A stretch of DNA of 64,000 nucleotides from an uncultured Acidobacteriota bacterium (GTDB taxonomy: Bacteria; Acidobacteriota; UBA6911), in assembly GCA_963809485.1 (NCBI GenBank), contig CAWEJX010000020.1, positions 160,001 to 224,000 on the forward strand, in the 5' to 3' direction. The translations under genes and the position numbers were made by a program. Numbering within the stretch: the first letter of the stretch is position 1; each line of letters begins with the position of its first letter. This document shows, piece by piece, positions 1-10,416 of the stretch. The notes beneath the pieces were generated by a model that was given only the letters and a program-made list of their open reading frames with translations, ran no database searches and was not told where the DNA came from.

Positions 1-58
1 GTTCAATCCATACAATCAGCTTTTGCCCGATACTGTGTTCGGGTCCGGAAAGGACAGG

Positions 59-1288
59 ATGGCGACCGTAAACGAAAACTTTTTGAAATTGCAGGCGGGA
101 TACCTTTTTCCCGAAGTAGGAAAACGCAGGCGCGCCTATCAGCAGGCGCACCCTGAGGCAAAGATCATCAGCATGGGGATTGGCGATGTGACGCAGCCGC
201 TGGCGCCGGCGGTGATCGAGGCAATGCACAAGGCCGTCGACGAAATGGCGAAGAAAGAGACCTTTCGCGGCTACGATGACGGCGGCGTCGGCTATGAGTT
301 TTTGCGGGAGGCGATTCGTGCCAACGATTACGCATCGCGCGGCCTTGCTATCGGCATCGAAGAAATATTCATCAGCGACGGGGCGAAATCGGACACGGCG
401 AACAGCCAGGAATTATTCGGGCTCGACAATGTCGTCGCGGTGACCGATCCGGTCTACCCGGTTTATGTCGACAGCAACGTCATGGCAGGCCGTACGGGGC
501 CGATGGCCGGACAGGGAATGTATCAAAAAATCCTCTACCTGCCTGCGAAAGTGGAGAACAATTTTGTCCCGGATCCGCCGCGCGAAAGAGCGGATATCAT
601 TTATCTCTGCTTTCCCAACAATCCTACAGGAGCCGTAGCAACCAAGGAGCAGCTCAAAAAGTGGGTTGACTATGCAGCGCAGAACGGATCCATACTCCTA
701 TTCGATGCAGCCTACGAAGCCTATATCAGCGATCCCTCGATACCTCATTCCATTTATGAAATCCCGGGAGCCAAAGAGGTCGCCATCGAATTCCGCAGCT
801 TTTCCAAAACGGCCGGATTCACCGGAGTCCGATGCGCTTTTTCCATAGTGCCGAAAGAGTTGCGCGCAGGATCCAAAACCGGGGAGAGTATTGCGCTGAA
901 TCCGCTTTGGAGCAGGCGCCTGTGCACAAAATTCAACGGCGTATCCTACGTTACCCAGGCAGGGGCGGCGGCAACCTATACTGCGGAGGGCAAAAAACAA
1001 ATTCGAGCCATCATCGGGCTGTACATGAATAACGCCGGAGTTATATGCAAAACCCTCACAGGGCTGGGATATCAGACCTATGGCGGAGTGAACGCACCCT
1101 ACATCTGGCTGAAAACTCCAAAAGGATTCAGCTCGTGGGAATTCTTTGATCTTCTGCTGGAAAAGGCAAACCTTATCACAACGCCGGGGGTAGGTTTCGG
1201 GCCATCCGGTGAGGGATTCGTCCGCTTAACAGCATTCGGCGACCCGGACAATGTAAAGGAAGCGTTGGACCGGATTGCCCGCATATGA
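59..1288 (+). CDS. dapL: LL-diaminopimelate aminotransferase
   Basis: NENFLKLQAGYLF N-terminus, GIGDVT, DPVYPVY, PNNPTG and SFSKTAGFTGVR PLP-Lys motif; ATG at 59 after GGAAAGGA. Confidence 0.95.
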   Translation: MATVNENFLKLQAGYLFPEVGKRRRAYQQAHPEAKIISMGIGDVTQPLAPAVIEAMHKAVDEMAKKETFRGYDDGGVGYEFLREAIRANDYASRGLAIGIEEIFISDGAKSDTANSQELFGLDNVVAVTDPVYPVYVDSNVMAGRTGPMAGQGMYQKILYLPAKVENNFVPDPPRERADIIYLCFPNNPTGAVATKEQLKKWVDYAAQNGSILLFDAAYEAYISDPSIPHSIYEIPGAKEVAIEFRSFSKTAGFTGVRCAFSIVPKELRAGSKTGESIALNPLWSRRLCTKFNGVSYVTQAGAAATYTAEGKKQIRAIIGLYMNNAGVICKTLTGLGYQTYGGVNAPYIWLKTPKGFSSWEFFDLLLEKANLITTPGVGFGPSGEGFVRLTAFGDPDNVKEALDRIARI

Positions 1289-1473
1289 AATCGGGGAGGT
1301 CCGGGGAAAATGGTCAGGGCAGCCGGGAGTTTCCTATCGTCCCGGCCATCTTCGGTTCAAAATCGCGTTAATTCCACAATTGATCATACCCGGCAGTCCG
1401 AATATGATGGTCCTGCAACAAATCCCAGGATTGTGACCGGCTTTGGGAACATCCAAATTAAGGAGAACGCAAT

Positions 1474-2445
1474 ATGCAGAGGAAATTATTCGTTGCAGCA
1501 GTCTTTTTAGCTTTTTTCCCGACCGTATTTGCTCAACCGGCACTCAAGGTCACCTGCGACCGCGCCTGTCTGGAAAAATACATCGATCGTTACCTGGATG
1601 CCATGCTCGCTCATAAGGTGAATCCGGAGCTGTTTGCCAAAAACTGCAGGTTCACGGAGAACGGAGTCGAGCTGCCGATGGGAGGAGAGGGGCTGTGGTA
1701 CAGCATGTCCGGAAAGGGGACCTATAAATTTTACGTCCCCGATATTGAAACCCAGCAGGTTGCCTTCATCGGGACCGTCAAAGAAGGGGGACAGGCCTCG
1801 GGCGCTAAAGCGGCACCGGGAGCCAAGCCCGCCTTGCCGACAACGGCCGCCGTTGCCATCCGTTTGAAGGTACTGGATGGCTTGATAACTGAAGCGGAGC
1901 AGCTCGTAATCAGGCCGGAACAAAGCCTGTCTGGAGACGCGCCTGCCTCCAAATTCCCGCCGACGGGCGAGGCCGTGGAAAAGATGGGGTCCCCGCATCC
2001 GATCTTTGCCGAAGTTATTCCGGAAGCTGAACGGCCTATCCGCGAGGAGCTGGTCAGGATTGGCGACTACTATTTCGCGGGATTACAGCGCAATGACGGC
2101 AAAGGCTATTATCCCTTTACCGATGACTGCATCCGCTATGAAAACGGCATGCTGGCAACGAAAGAATGCAAGAAGCAGTTTGAGACCCAACTTAAAGGCA
2201 TTGTGACACGAATCCGCGATCGCCGTTTCGTTGCGGTCGACCGGGAAAGAGGCATTGTCTTCGCTTTCGGCTTCTTCGATCATGTGCAGATCAATTGGAC
2301 CTGGCAGCTGGCTGAACTGTTTAAAATCGAGAAGGGCAATATACGCCGCATCGAGGCGGTATTCCACCGATGCCCTTATGGAATGAACTCCGGATGGAGC
2401 ACCTATGAACAGGGCATGTCGGAGGAGATACAAAGCATTCGATAA
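1474..2445 (+). CDS. Secreted hypothetical protein (CDRACL / RFTENG family, tandem NTF2-like repeats suspected)
   Basis: AAGGAG SD, signal peptide, CDRACL, RFTENG/RYENG internal repeat, PYGMNSGW. Confidence 0.75.
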   Translation: MQRKLFVAAVFLAFFPTVFAQPALKVTCDRACLEKYIDRYLDAMLAHKVNPELFAKNCRFTENGVELPMGGEGLWYSMSGKGTYKFYVPDIETQQVAFIGTVKEGGQASGAKAAPGAKPALPTTAAVAIRLKVLDGLITEAEQLVIRPEQSLSGDAPASKFPPTGEAVEKMGSPHPIFAEVIPEAERPIREELVRIGDYYFAGLQRNDGKGYYPFTDDCIRYENGMLATKECKKQFETQLKGIVTRIRDRRFVAVDRERGIVFAFGFFDHVQINWTWQLAELFKIEKGNIRRIEAVFHRCPYGMNSGWSTYEQGMSEEIQSIR

Positions 2446-2567
2446 GCAGGTATTTCGGTTAACGCGCAAAACGCGATGGAGTTTTTGTCCGCTTGAAGGG
2501 CGTGCCGGCTTGGGCGGAGGCGGGATTGGGCTGGATGCAATGAATCCCGGGCAAAGGTAGATCGGTT

Positions 2568-2866
2568 TAATCGATTGGGAGATCCACAAGCTCTGCCGGT
2601 GAGGAAATATCCGTTTGAGACAAACTGGAGCGTACGTTTTCCCCGGTGTCCTGACGGAAATACTGAATATCGAATGTCGAATTGCGAATTTTGAACCGCA
2701 GAAGTTAGGACCGGACTTCGAAATTCATCATTCTTTGTTCGTCATTCTGCAGTTCTACAAGCTTTAAAGTTGTTTATTGCGAGTGCCATCGGTTTTATCT
2801 TTCATCGGTTGCGATCAGGCTTCGTTGAGGGACCAGCAACCGTAAAGCCTCCGGATCTGGCGGAGA
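2568..2866 (+). mobile_element. Non-autonomous element family B, copy B4 (degenerate)
   Basis: Reverse-complement similarity to 28216-28519, 35481-35721 and 44812-45128: TAATCGATTGGGAGATCC end, GAATATCGAATGTCGAA heptad core, CCGTAAAGCCTCCGG end. Confidence 0.75.
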
Positions 2867-2935
2867 GCCCGCAGCAATACGCTCGTCTTGCTGTATTTCG
2901 CGATACGGGATTTATTCCTCAAGGGAGGTGCCACT

Positions 2936-5002
2936 GTGACAGGCGGATACACCGGCAAAATCCTTCGAATTAACCTGACCCGAAAATCCATCGGCACCAT
3001 CGATACTGAGAGGTATGAAGAATACGGCGGCGGACACGGAATCGGCTCGGCGATATTCTGGGACCTGGCAGGCGATCAACTTCCCTTTGACGCGCTTGAT
3101 CCCAGGAATGTCGTCACCATCATGACGAGTCCATTTTCCGGCGTGCTTGTACCGGCCGCGACGGGACGGTGTGAAGTGCAGGGCGTCGGGCCGCAGCCCT
3201 ATCCTGTGGAATGGTTCACTCGCAGCAATTTTGGTGGGCGTTTTTCCTCCCAGTTAAAGTATGCGGGTTGGGACGGCATCGTGATCGAGGGCGCGGTGGC
3301 CGGAGCCGACGATCCGGTTTGGATCAACATCATCAACGATAAGGTCACCATCGAGAGCGCACGAACGCTGTGGGGTCTCGATACCGTCGAAACCCAGGAG
3401 GAAATCTGGCGACGCGTGGCTCCGGGCCTGCGGTTCGGCGAGTGGCTCGCTCTTGGAGCCGAATACACAACCCAAAAGCCTGCGGTATTATGCATCGGCC
3501 CTGCCGGAGAGAAGCAGGCCAGAATCGCCTCCCTGATCCACGACGCAGGAAACGGCGCGGGGCAAGGAGGATTTGGAGCCGTTTGGGGATCTAAAAAGCT
3601 TAAGGCGATCAGCGTAATCGGGACGGGAAACGTCACGGTCGCAAATCCGAAGGCCCTGATTGAAGCGCGGCTATGGTATCGGCAGTTCCAATACGACGTG
3701 GATAAACCCAGGTTGGAAAAACCTGCTGAAGCGATGCTTTTCTCACCGGTCAACAATTCCCCGGCTTCGGACAACTTCAATAACATGCAGCCTCCTCTGG
3801 AGCCCGCACGTCCTCAGGCTTGTGCCGGCTGCCCCAAAGCATGCCGGCAAAGATTGGCCGGAGGCATGGGAAATGAGTCGAGTTGTGCAGAGTCTGCCTT
3901 TGGGTTCAGCTTTCCCTCACGGCGGGACAAAGAACGAGCCACCGACCTGTTGCAGGCGTATGGACTTAATGCAGCTCAAATGGGAACCATGATCCAATAC
4001 CTTCTTGCGCTTGAAAAAGCAGGAGTATTGGGCCCGGGGAAGGAAATCGAGTGCGACCTGCCGTTCAATTTGTACGGGACGCTCGATTTTCTCCAGACAA
4101 TAATGAGGAAAACGGCTCTGAGAGAGGGAATCGGCGATATCCTGAGCACCGGCTGCGCCAGGATTGCCGAAAAATGGGGCAGGTACAAAAAAGACACGGA
4201 CAGCGGCATTCTGAATACGCCCAATTGGGGCTATATGGAGCACTACGAACCCAGAGTTGAGGTCGAATGGAGCTATGGCTCGATTCTAGGAGATCGAGAC
4301 ATCAACGAGCACAGCCTCAATTTTCCCCTGCAGCACATGCCCAGTTCAACAATTGGCGCGAAACTCGAACCATTTTTCACTGCCGAAAAGCTGGCTGAGA
4401 TCATTGCCTCAAAGGTCGCTCCTTACACCGGCGATCCCTTCATGTTCGACTACGGCGAAGGTCCCACGGGCATCTATTCGGATCACAGAGTGAAGACGAT
4501 AGCCTGGCACAGGCATTACACAAGGTTCTGGATACAATCGGCGCTTTTTTGCGACTGGGTTTGGCCGTTGTTTTTTACACCCAACACCGCCGATATATCA
4601 GGAGCAACTCCCGAAGGAGAGCCAAAATTCTTCAATGCAGTGACCGGAAAGCGGATTTCGTTCACGGATGGCGTCGAGACGGGACGCAAAATATGGAATC
4701 TGGACCGATCTATTTGGGTTTTGCAGGGCAGGCATCGGGACATGGAAGTCCATGCCGGATACGTTTATAGCGTCCCGACCCAACGACCCTGTTACCTGCC
4801 GGTATGCGATAACGGCAAATGGAGCTATGCCGCCAACACAGGGAGAGTTTTGAACAAGCAAAAATTCGAGGAATGGAAAACGAAGTTTTATGCGTTTGAA
4901 GGCTGGAATACTGCCAGCGGCTGGCCCAAATCGGCGGGGCTCGAGGCACTGGGGCTCGGGAAAGTGGCTGACACCCTGAAATCGAAAAGCAGGCTCGGCT
5001 AG
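2936..5002 (+). CDS. Aldehyde:ferredoxin oxidoreductase family (W/Mo-pterin) protein
   Basis: GGYTGKILRINL, SNFGGRF...LKYAGWDGIVIEG, IGPAGE, GQGGFGAVWGSKKLKAI, CAGCPKAC; GTG start after GGGAGG. Confidence 0.9.
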   Translation: MTGGYTGKILRINLTRKSIGTIDTERYEEYGGGHGIGSAIFWDLAGDQLPFDALDPRNVVTIMTSPFSGVLVPAATGRCEVQGVGPQPYPVEWFTRSNFGGRFSSQLKYAGWDGIVIEGAVAGADDPVWINIINDKVTIESARTLWGLDTVETQEEIWRRVAPGLRFGEWLALGAEYTTQKPAVLCIGPAGEKQARIASLIHDAGNGAGQGGFGAVWGSKKLKAISVIGTGNVTVANPKALIEARLWYRQFQYDVDKPRLEKPAEAMLFSPVNNSPASDNFNNMQPPLEPARPQACAGCPKACRQRLAGGMGNESSCAESAFGFSFPSRRDKERATDLLQAYGLNAAQMGTMIQYLLALEKAGVLGPGKEIECDLPFNLYGTLDFLQTIMRKTALREGIGDILSTGCARIAEKWGRYKKDTDSGILNTPNWGYMEHYEPRVEVEWSYGSILGDRDINEHSLNFPLQHMPSSTIGAKLEPFFTAEKLAEIIASKVAPYTGDPFMFDYGEGPTGIYSDHRVKTIAWHRHYTRFWIQSALFCDWVWPLFFTPNTADISGATPEGEPKFFNAVTGKRISFTDGVETGRKIWNLDRSIWVLQGRHRDMEVHAGYVYSVPTQRPCYLPVCDNGKWSYAANTGRVLNKQKFEEWKTKFYAFEGWNTASGWPKSAGLEALGLGKVADTLKSKSRLG

Positions 5003-5236
5003 CACGTCAAATTGCAGATCAGGCAAGCTGAAAGAGAAAATACCTTAAATCTCTTTTACCCGAATCCCGGACAAGTTCAGTTTTAAAGGGCAGCTGAAAG
5101 TCAGAAACCTGCATTGATTTTGGCAAATCACCGTGCCTGCTTTCCTGGAGACAGACAGGTTTCAGGCTCCCTCTCAGCTATGAGAGGTGCCAGACGGATT
5201 CGTTTTCCCGGGCGGCGAATCCCCGGCGGCACCAAC

Positions 5237-5758
5237 CTACATGTCCGCGATATCTATCGCCGGAGCCACAGGCACGGGATTCATGGGCCTGTCAAATAGC
5301 TTGTCCGATGAAGCGCTGAGTTCGACGACGGGCTTATCGCTGGCCACCTTGGGATTCATGTCAATGCTGCCCTTGAAGATGCTGCCGTCCTCGAGGACGA
5401 CGCGGGGAGCGACGATGTTTCCTCGCACTTTCCCCGTTTTTTTGATGATCAGCTGATTTTCGCCGAAGAGATTTCCCTCCACATTGCCCTCGATGCTTAT
5501 GGTGCTCCCGTATATATCGGCGTTTACATGTCCATTTTTTCCTACGGTAACGTTGTGCTGCTGAACCAGGACCTTGCCGTCCACATGCCCTTCAATGAGA
5601 AGATCCTCTTCACCCATCAGATCGCCCTTGATATGGATAGTCTTCCCTATCATCGCCTGTTCCTTGACAGGTTGCGGCACGGGATTCGTGTGCGGAATTA
5701 CAACGGGCTCGGATTGGGACTGAATCTGGGATTCTTCGACTTCGGTTTTCTTCCACAT
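5237..5758 (-). CDS. Bactofilin (polymer-forming cytoskeletal protein)
   Basis: MWKK start, IGKTIHIKGDL.GEEDLLIEGHVDG, VRGNIVAPRVVLEDGSIFKGSIDM. Confidence 0.9.
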   Translation of the reverse strand: MWKKTEVEESQIQSQSEPVVIPHTNPVPQPVKEQAMIGKTIHIKGDLMGEEDLLIEGHVDGKVLVQQHNVTVGKNGHVNADIYGSTISIEGNVEGNLFGENQLIIKKTGKVRGNIVAPRVVLEDGSIFKGSIDMNPKVASDKPVVELSASSDKLFDRPMNPVPVAPAIDIADM

Positions 5759-5980
5759 GCTGGCTGCTCCATACAAACAAAAGGGGAAAGGCTGCTGGAG
5801 GTCATTTCCCCAAATTTAATGTAAATGCCTCGATCATCCTTTGGACTCTTCCGGCAAGCCTCCAACAGTTGTGGTCATTTCTACCGGAGAGCCGGGGCAC
5901 CTATCCAGATCCTGTCCAGCGTCCATTCGGGCAGGATCCCAAGCACAGCTTTCTCTGTTATTGGTATCGGCAGGTTTGTG

Positions 5981-6178
5981 TCAAACCTTCTTCGGCAATT
6001 TGAGGGCAGGAAGCGCGACCAGGCACCCGGCTATAATCAAAACCCTTGTACGCAACGACACCTCCGGGAGAGCGGCGGATACTTTGGGCGAAACCGGAGA
6101 CCGGGGAAAGAACCATATTGCGAATCCGACAGCCAGGAGAATGTAGATCGGGAGCCAGAGGACAATGGCAGTCTTCAC
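5981..6178 (-). CDS. Small membrane protein (65 aa, two hydrophobic segments)
   Basis: AAGGAG SD 7 nt before GTG at 6178; TAIVLWLPIYILLAVGFAIWFF and VLIIAGCLVALPAL. Confidence 0.5.
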   Translation of the reverse strand: MKTAIVLWLPIYILLAVGFAIWFFPRSPVSPKVSAALPEVSLRTRVLIIAGCLVALPALKLPKKV

Positions 6179-6579
6179 GGGTGTACTCCTTATGGGTAGC
6201 GGGCTTCCCTTGTCCCGGTTGGCGCAAAGCATGCCTGCCGGCAGGCTTTCTCCCCGGCAGCTTCCATGCCGACAGAGGCGTTTCGATCCTTGTTATTGTA
6301 GCTACCAATCATCAAAGCGGCCTGGCAAAGCGAAGATTGTCAGTTGCCGACGCCTGCAAACACGGCGCTATCATCTGGAGATTGCTTCCAGTTGCAGTGT
6401 ATGATGGCCGCAAGCAGAATGCATGGGCCAAATCGATTGCGATAGGTCTGGTTTTCCCATCCATGTCACTATGGCAACGGACGGAATGGTGTTTGTGCGC
6501 TTCGCTTAAGGAGAAGCAGAATATCTTCTAAGCCGGTGATAGAGCCAGGAGGCACCGGAGATCCGGTCGAGACTGGAGG

Positions 6580-8121
6580 ATGGCTTTGAATAATTCCCAA
6601 CAGCGGATGAGGATTAGGGCGCTTTTGCCAAAATTTCACATTGTATTTCCGCCCGCCCTGCTGCTTTGTGTGTTCCTTTTGGCCGGCTGCAGCGATGCAC
6701 CCAAGGCAAGTCTCCCCGGGCGGCAGATTCCATTGAATCCATGCCAGCTCAGCGCACCCGGAATGGCCACCCGTCTTCCGGCCGAGTGCGGAAAACTCAC
6801 TGTCTATGAGGACCGCGCAGCCCGGTCCGGGCAGCGTATTGATCTGCACATCGCGGTAATTACGGCCCTCAGCCGGACACCGGAACCCGACCCTCTCTTT
6901 TTCATCACAGGCGGGCCAGGCGAAGCAGCTACGGAAGACTTCGTAAGAGTATCGGACGCCTTCGATAAGCTTAAAGGAAAACGGGACATCGTGCTCGTGG
7001 ACCAGCGCGGCACCGGCAAATCGCATCCGCTAAAATGCGATTCTCCGGCAGAGGAATCGGATGTGAGTGACGATGCCGAATTGGAAAACTCTATACGGGG
7101 ATGCCTCAAACAGCTCGATGGGGACGCCCGTTTTTACAATACCCTGCCGGCCGTTGACGATCTGGACCAGGTCCGCGCCGCCCTCGGGTATGACAGGATC
7201 AATCTGTATGGAATTTCTTATGGCACCCGGGTGGTTCAAACCTATATGAGCAAATACCCGAGACAGGTCCGGGCGGCGATTCTGGATGGTGTCGTGCCGC
7301 AGGATGAGGCCCTCGGCGTGAAAATGGCCAGCGATGCGCAAAAAAGCCTTGACGCCATTTTCGCGCGCTGCGCCGCTGATGATAAATGCAGCCACGCCTT
7401 CCCCGGATTGCCCGGCGAATTTGACGCCCTGCTGCATCGTGTGGACACACAACCGGTGAATATTGCGATCGAGCATCCCTCCACAAGTGAACGGACCCGG
7501 GTCCGTTTCACGCGCGACAGGCTGGGCAGCGCGGTCCGGCTGTTCAGCTACAGTACGGAGTCTGCGGCCCTGTTGCCTTTACTCATCCACGATTCCCAGA
7601 CCACCGGGGATTTCAGACGCCTGGCGGCTCAGTCGATGATTGTCGCTGAACAGGTGCAAGGAAGCATCAACCTGAACGTGCACAATTCGGTCGTGTGCGC
7701 CGAAGATATTCCTTTTTACTGGCGGGACGGCCAATTTGCAGGAGATGCTGGGGCGGAAGGCCGGTCTTATCTCGGCGAGGCGTACCGGAAACTTGAAAAA
7801 ATCTGCAGTCATTGGCCGGCAGCGAGGGTGCCCTCCGCGTTCAAATCGCCGGTCCGATCGGACGCCCCCGTTCTACTTCTATCGGGCCAATATGATCCTG
7901 TAACGCCGCCCAAAAACGCCGATCACGTTGCAGCCACGCTGCCCAACAGCCTTCACCTTGTCGCACCCGGGCAGGGACACGGCGTGTTCATGCGCGGCTG
8001 CGTCAGCAAGGTCGCCACAGAATTCATCGAGCGAGGAACCGCGAGGGGATTGGATACCGGCTGTGTTCAAGATCTGAAACCTTCTCCGTTTTTTCTGAGC
8101 TATGTCGGGCCGACGCCTTAA
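6580..8121 (+). CDS. Alpha/beta hydrolase lipoprotein (TAP-like peptidase S33)
   Basis: Lipobox LAGC, GGPG, DQRGTGKS, GISYG nucleophile, DPVTP, GQGHG. Confidence 0.9.
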   Translation: MALNNSQQRMRIRALLPKFHIVFPPALLLCVFLLAGCSDAPKASLPGRQIPLNPCQLSAPGMATRLPAECGKLTVYEDRAARSGQRIDLHIAVITALSRTPEPDPLFFITGGPGEAATEDFVRVSDAFDKLKGKRDIVLVDQRGTGKSHPLKCDSPAEESDVSDDAELENSIRGCLKQLDGDARFYNTLPAVDDLDQVRAALGYDRINLYGISYGTRVVQTYMSKYPRQVRAAILDGVVPQDEALGVKMASDAQKSLDAIFARCAADDKCSHAFPGLPGEFDALLHRVDTQPVNIAIEHPSTSERTRVRFTRDRLGSAVRLFSYSTESAALLPLLIHDSQTTGDFRRLAAQSMIVAEQVQGSINLNVHNSVVCAEDIPFYWRDGQFAGDAGAEGRSYLGEAYRKLEKICSHWPAARVPSAFKSPVRSDAPVLLLSGQYDPVTPPKNADHVAATLPNSLHLVAPGQGHGVFMRGCVSKVATEFIERGTARGLDTGCVQDLKPSPFFLSYVGPTP

Positions 8122-8198
8122 TCCGATGCGCGCATTGTACCCATGAATCGCCTGTCGCCGTTGACAGAACCGGATCCGAATCGCCAGGAGAGCAGCTC

Positions 8199-8933
8199 AT
8201 GATTGAGATCATGGATGTGCACAAATCATTCGGCAGCATACAGGCATTGCGTGGCGTAAGCTTCCAAGCGCCCGATGGGCACATTACGGGACTGCTCGGC
8301 CCCAATGGCGCCGGCAAGACAACCACCCTTCGCATTCTTTACACCGTGTTGAAACCGGACCGGGGTTCCGCGACAGTGGACGGTCACAACACATTGACCG
8401 ATGCCCGCGAAGTGCAGCGCCGCATCGGCGCACTTCCCGACGCCCACGGACTTTATCCGAGGCTTACGGCGCGGGAAAATATTCGCTATTACGGGCGGCT
8501 GCAAGGGCTGAAGGAGACCGAACTTGAAGAAAACATTGACGGCATTATGGCCATGCTCGAGATGAAAGAAATCGCCGATCGCCGCACCGGGGGCTTTTCT
8601 CACGGCGAACGCCTCAAGGTCGCCATCGCCCGCGCCCTGGTGCATGAGCCCCGAAACATACTGCTCGATGAACCGACCAACGGACTGGACGTCATGAGCA
8701 TTCGAAATATCCGGGCCTTTATCCGCCGGCTGCGCGACGAAGGCAAGACGGTGCTTTTTTCCAGCCACGTCATGCAGGAGGTCTCCGCTTTGTGTGATCG
8801 AATCGTGGTCATCGGCCGCGGCCAGGTGGCCGCGAGCGGAACTGCCGAAGAATTGCGGGAACAAACGGGACAATCGAATCTTGAAGATGCGTTCGTCAGC
8901 ATCATCGGATCTGACGAGGGATTGGAGCGATAA
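8199..8933 (+). CDS. ABC transporter ATP-binding protein (NatA-like)
   Basis: GPNGAGKTT Walker A, FSHGE signature, LLDEPTNGLD, SSH. Confidence 0.9.
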   Translation: MIEIMDVHKSFGSIQALRGVSFQAPDGHITGLLGPNGAGKTTTLRILYTVLKPDRGSATVDGHNTLTDAREVQRRIGALPDAHGLYPRLTARENIRYYGRLQGLKETELEENIDGIMAMLEMKEIADRRTGGFSHGERLKVAIARALVHEPRNILLDEPTNGLDVMSIRNIRAFIRRLRDEGKTVLFSSHVMQEVSALCDRIVVIGRGQVAASGTAEELREQTGQSNLEDAFVSIIGSDEGLER

Positions 8934-10108
8934 TGGAACGCATCCGCATCATCTTCGCCAAGGAAATTCGGGACAATCTGAGGGACCGGCGCACTTTAAG
9001 CGGTGCGCTGATATATCCCCTTCTGGGACCGATATTAATGGCCCTGGTGTTCACCGTAGCCGGGCGCACTTTGTTGACACAGTCGGAAAATCCCCTGCCG
9101 CTGCCGGTGGCCGGAGCGGAATATGCCCCTTCACTCATCCAGTTCCTGCAGCAAAACGGCGCGCAGATCAAGCCCGCCCCGGCAGATCCGGAGGCTGAAG
9201 TTCGAGCCGGCAATTATGACGCCGTATTGATCATCCCCGAAGCCTACGGAAAGGATTTCACCGCCGGGCGTCCCGCCACGGTGCAGCTGGTGCTGGATGA
9301 TTCGCGGCAATCCGCAGCCCCATCGATCCGGCGCGCAAGGCGAATGCTGTATGCCTACAGCCAGCAGCTCGGTTCGCTAAGGCTTCTGGCCAGAGGCATC
9401 AATCCCGGCGTCACTTCAGCGCTGGCAATTGAGGAAATGGACGTTGCCACCCCTCAAAGCCAGGCAGCCAGAATTCTCGGCATGCTGCCGTACTTCATCA
9501 TCTTTTCAGTGTTCATTGGCGGTATGTACCTTGCTATCGATACGACGGCAGGAGAGCGGGAGCGCGGCTCGCTGGAACCGCTGGTGATCAATCCTGTGGG
9601 CCGTCATGAGCTGGTGCTGGGCAAGCTGGGAGCAACCCTGGTCTTTACGCTCGTGGCTGTGATTGAGACCCTTCTAGGATTCTATGTCATGCTGAATACC
9701 CTGCCGGCAGAGTCTCTCGGAATGAAAATCAGCCTCGGCCTGGGCGCGTTATTGCTTGTTTTCCTGCTCACAGTCCCGATGATGCTTCTGGCCGCAGCGC
9801 TGCAGATGATCGTGGCGACACTGACCCACAGCTATAAGGAAGCCCAAACCTACCTGGGCTTTATGCCTCTGGTTCCGGCCATACCCGGCTTGTTTCTGGC
9901 CCTGGCGCCGGTCAAGGCTAAGGTGTGGATGATGCTAATTCCCACATTCGGAGAACAGTTGCTGATCAATCAGGTCATGCGGGGAGAAGCAGTCCTGCCG
10001 TCCCATGTGATCGTCTCCGCAGTCACAACGATCATGTTCGGAATAGCGCTGACGATTATGGCCATCCTGATGTACGGACGGGAGCGCATTCTGTTCGGGC
10101 GACAGTGA
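8933..10108 (+). CDS. ABC-2 type permease (NatB-like)
   Basis: KEIRDNLRDRRT, DTTAGERERGSLEPL, multiple TM helices; TAATG coupling to the ATPase gene. Confidence 0.9.
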   Translation: MERIRIIFAKEIRDNLRDRRTLSGALIYPLLGPILMALVFTVAGRTLLTQSENPLPLPVAGAEYAPSLIQFLQQNGAQIKPAPADPEAEVRAGNYDAVLIIPEAYGKDFTAGRPATVQLVLDDSRQSAAPSIRRARRMLYAYSQQLGSLRLLARGINPGVTSALAIEEMDVATPQSQAARILGMLPYFIIFSVFIGGMYLAIDTTAGERERGSLEPLVINPVGRHELVLGKLGATLVFTLVAVIETLLGFYVMLNTLPAESLGMKISLGLGALLLVFLLTVPMMLLAAALQMIVATLTHSYKEAQTYLGFMPLVPAIPGLFLALAPVKAKVWMMLIPTFGEQLLINQVMRGEAVLPSHVIVSAVTTIMFGIALTIMAILMYGRERILFGRQ

Positions 10109-10300
10109 GTCAGGTACCTCCGGCAAAGCCGGAAGCCTGAAAGATTTGAACCGCTCAAAGCGGTTGGAGGAGTTACGCCGGCCTTGAACGCTAACTTACG
10201 CGGGCAAAAGCCGATCCTCGCCGAACAAATCGGCGTTTGTCAGCGCTTTTGTCAGCGTTTCTCAGCGTTTCAAAATACGGAGCTGTCAAACTCTCAGTGA
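10108..10300 (-). mobile_element. Non-autonomous element family A, copy A1 (one terminal hairpin lost)
   Basis: AGTCAGGTACCTCCGGCAAAGCCGGAAGC and AACCGCTCAAAGCGGTT hairpins, TCAGCG repeats; near-identical to 26994-27191 and 37682-38084. Confidence 0.8.
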
Positions 10301-10416
10301 TTCTTACTCGCCGAAATACTCCAACCTTGCCTTTAGGGTCCGTGCATAGAAGCGTTGTTCAGCCCGGCAGCAGCCAAAGCCTGTGACCAGCGGGCCGCTC
10401 ATTGCCAATCAGCCAA

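Noticed and set aside
2840-2870. AAAGCCTCCGG / GGCAAAGCC motifs resembling c-di-GMP-I riboswitches (also at 6221-6250 and at the element ends)
   Set aside because: No GGCAAAC..GAAA..GACGCAAAG P2/P3 layout; the motifs are explained by the repeat-element ends and occur in both orientations relative to genes
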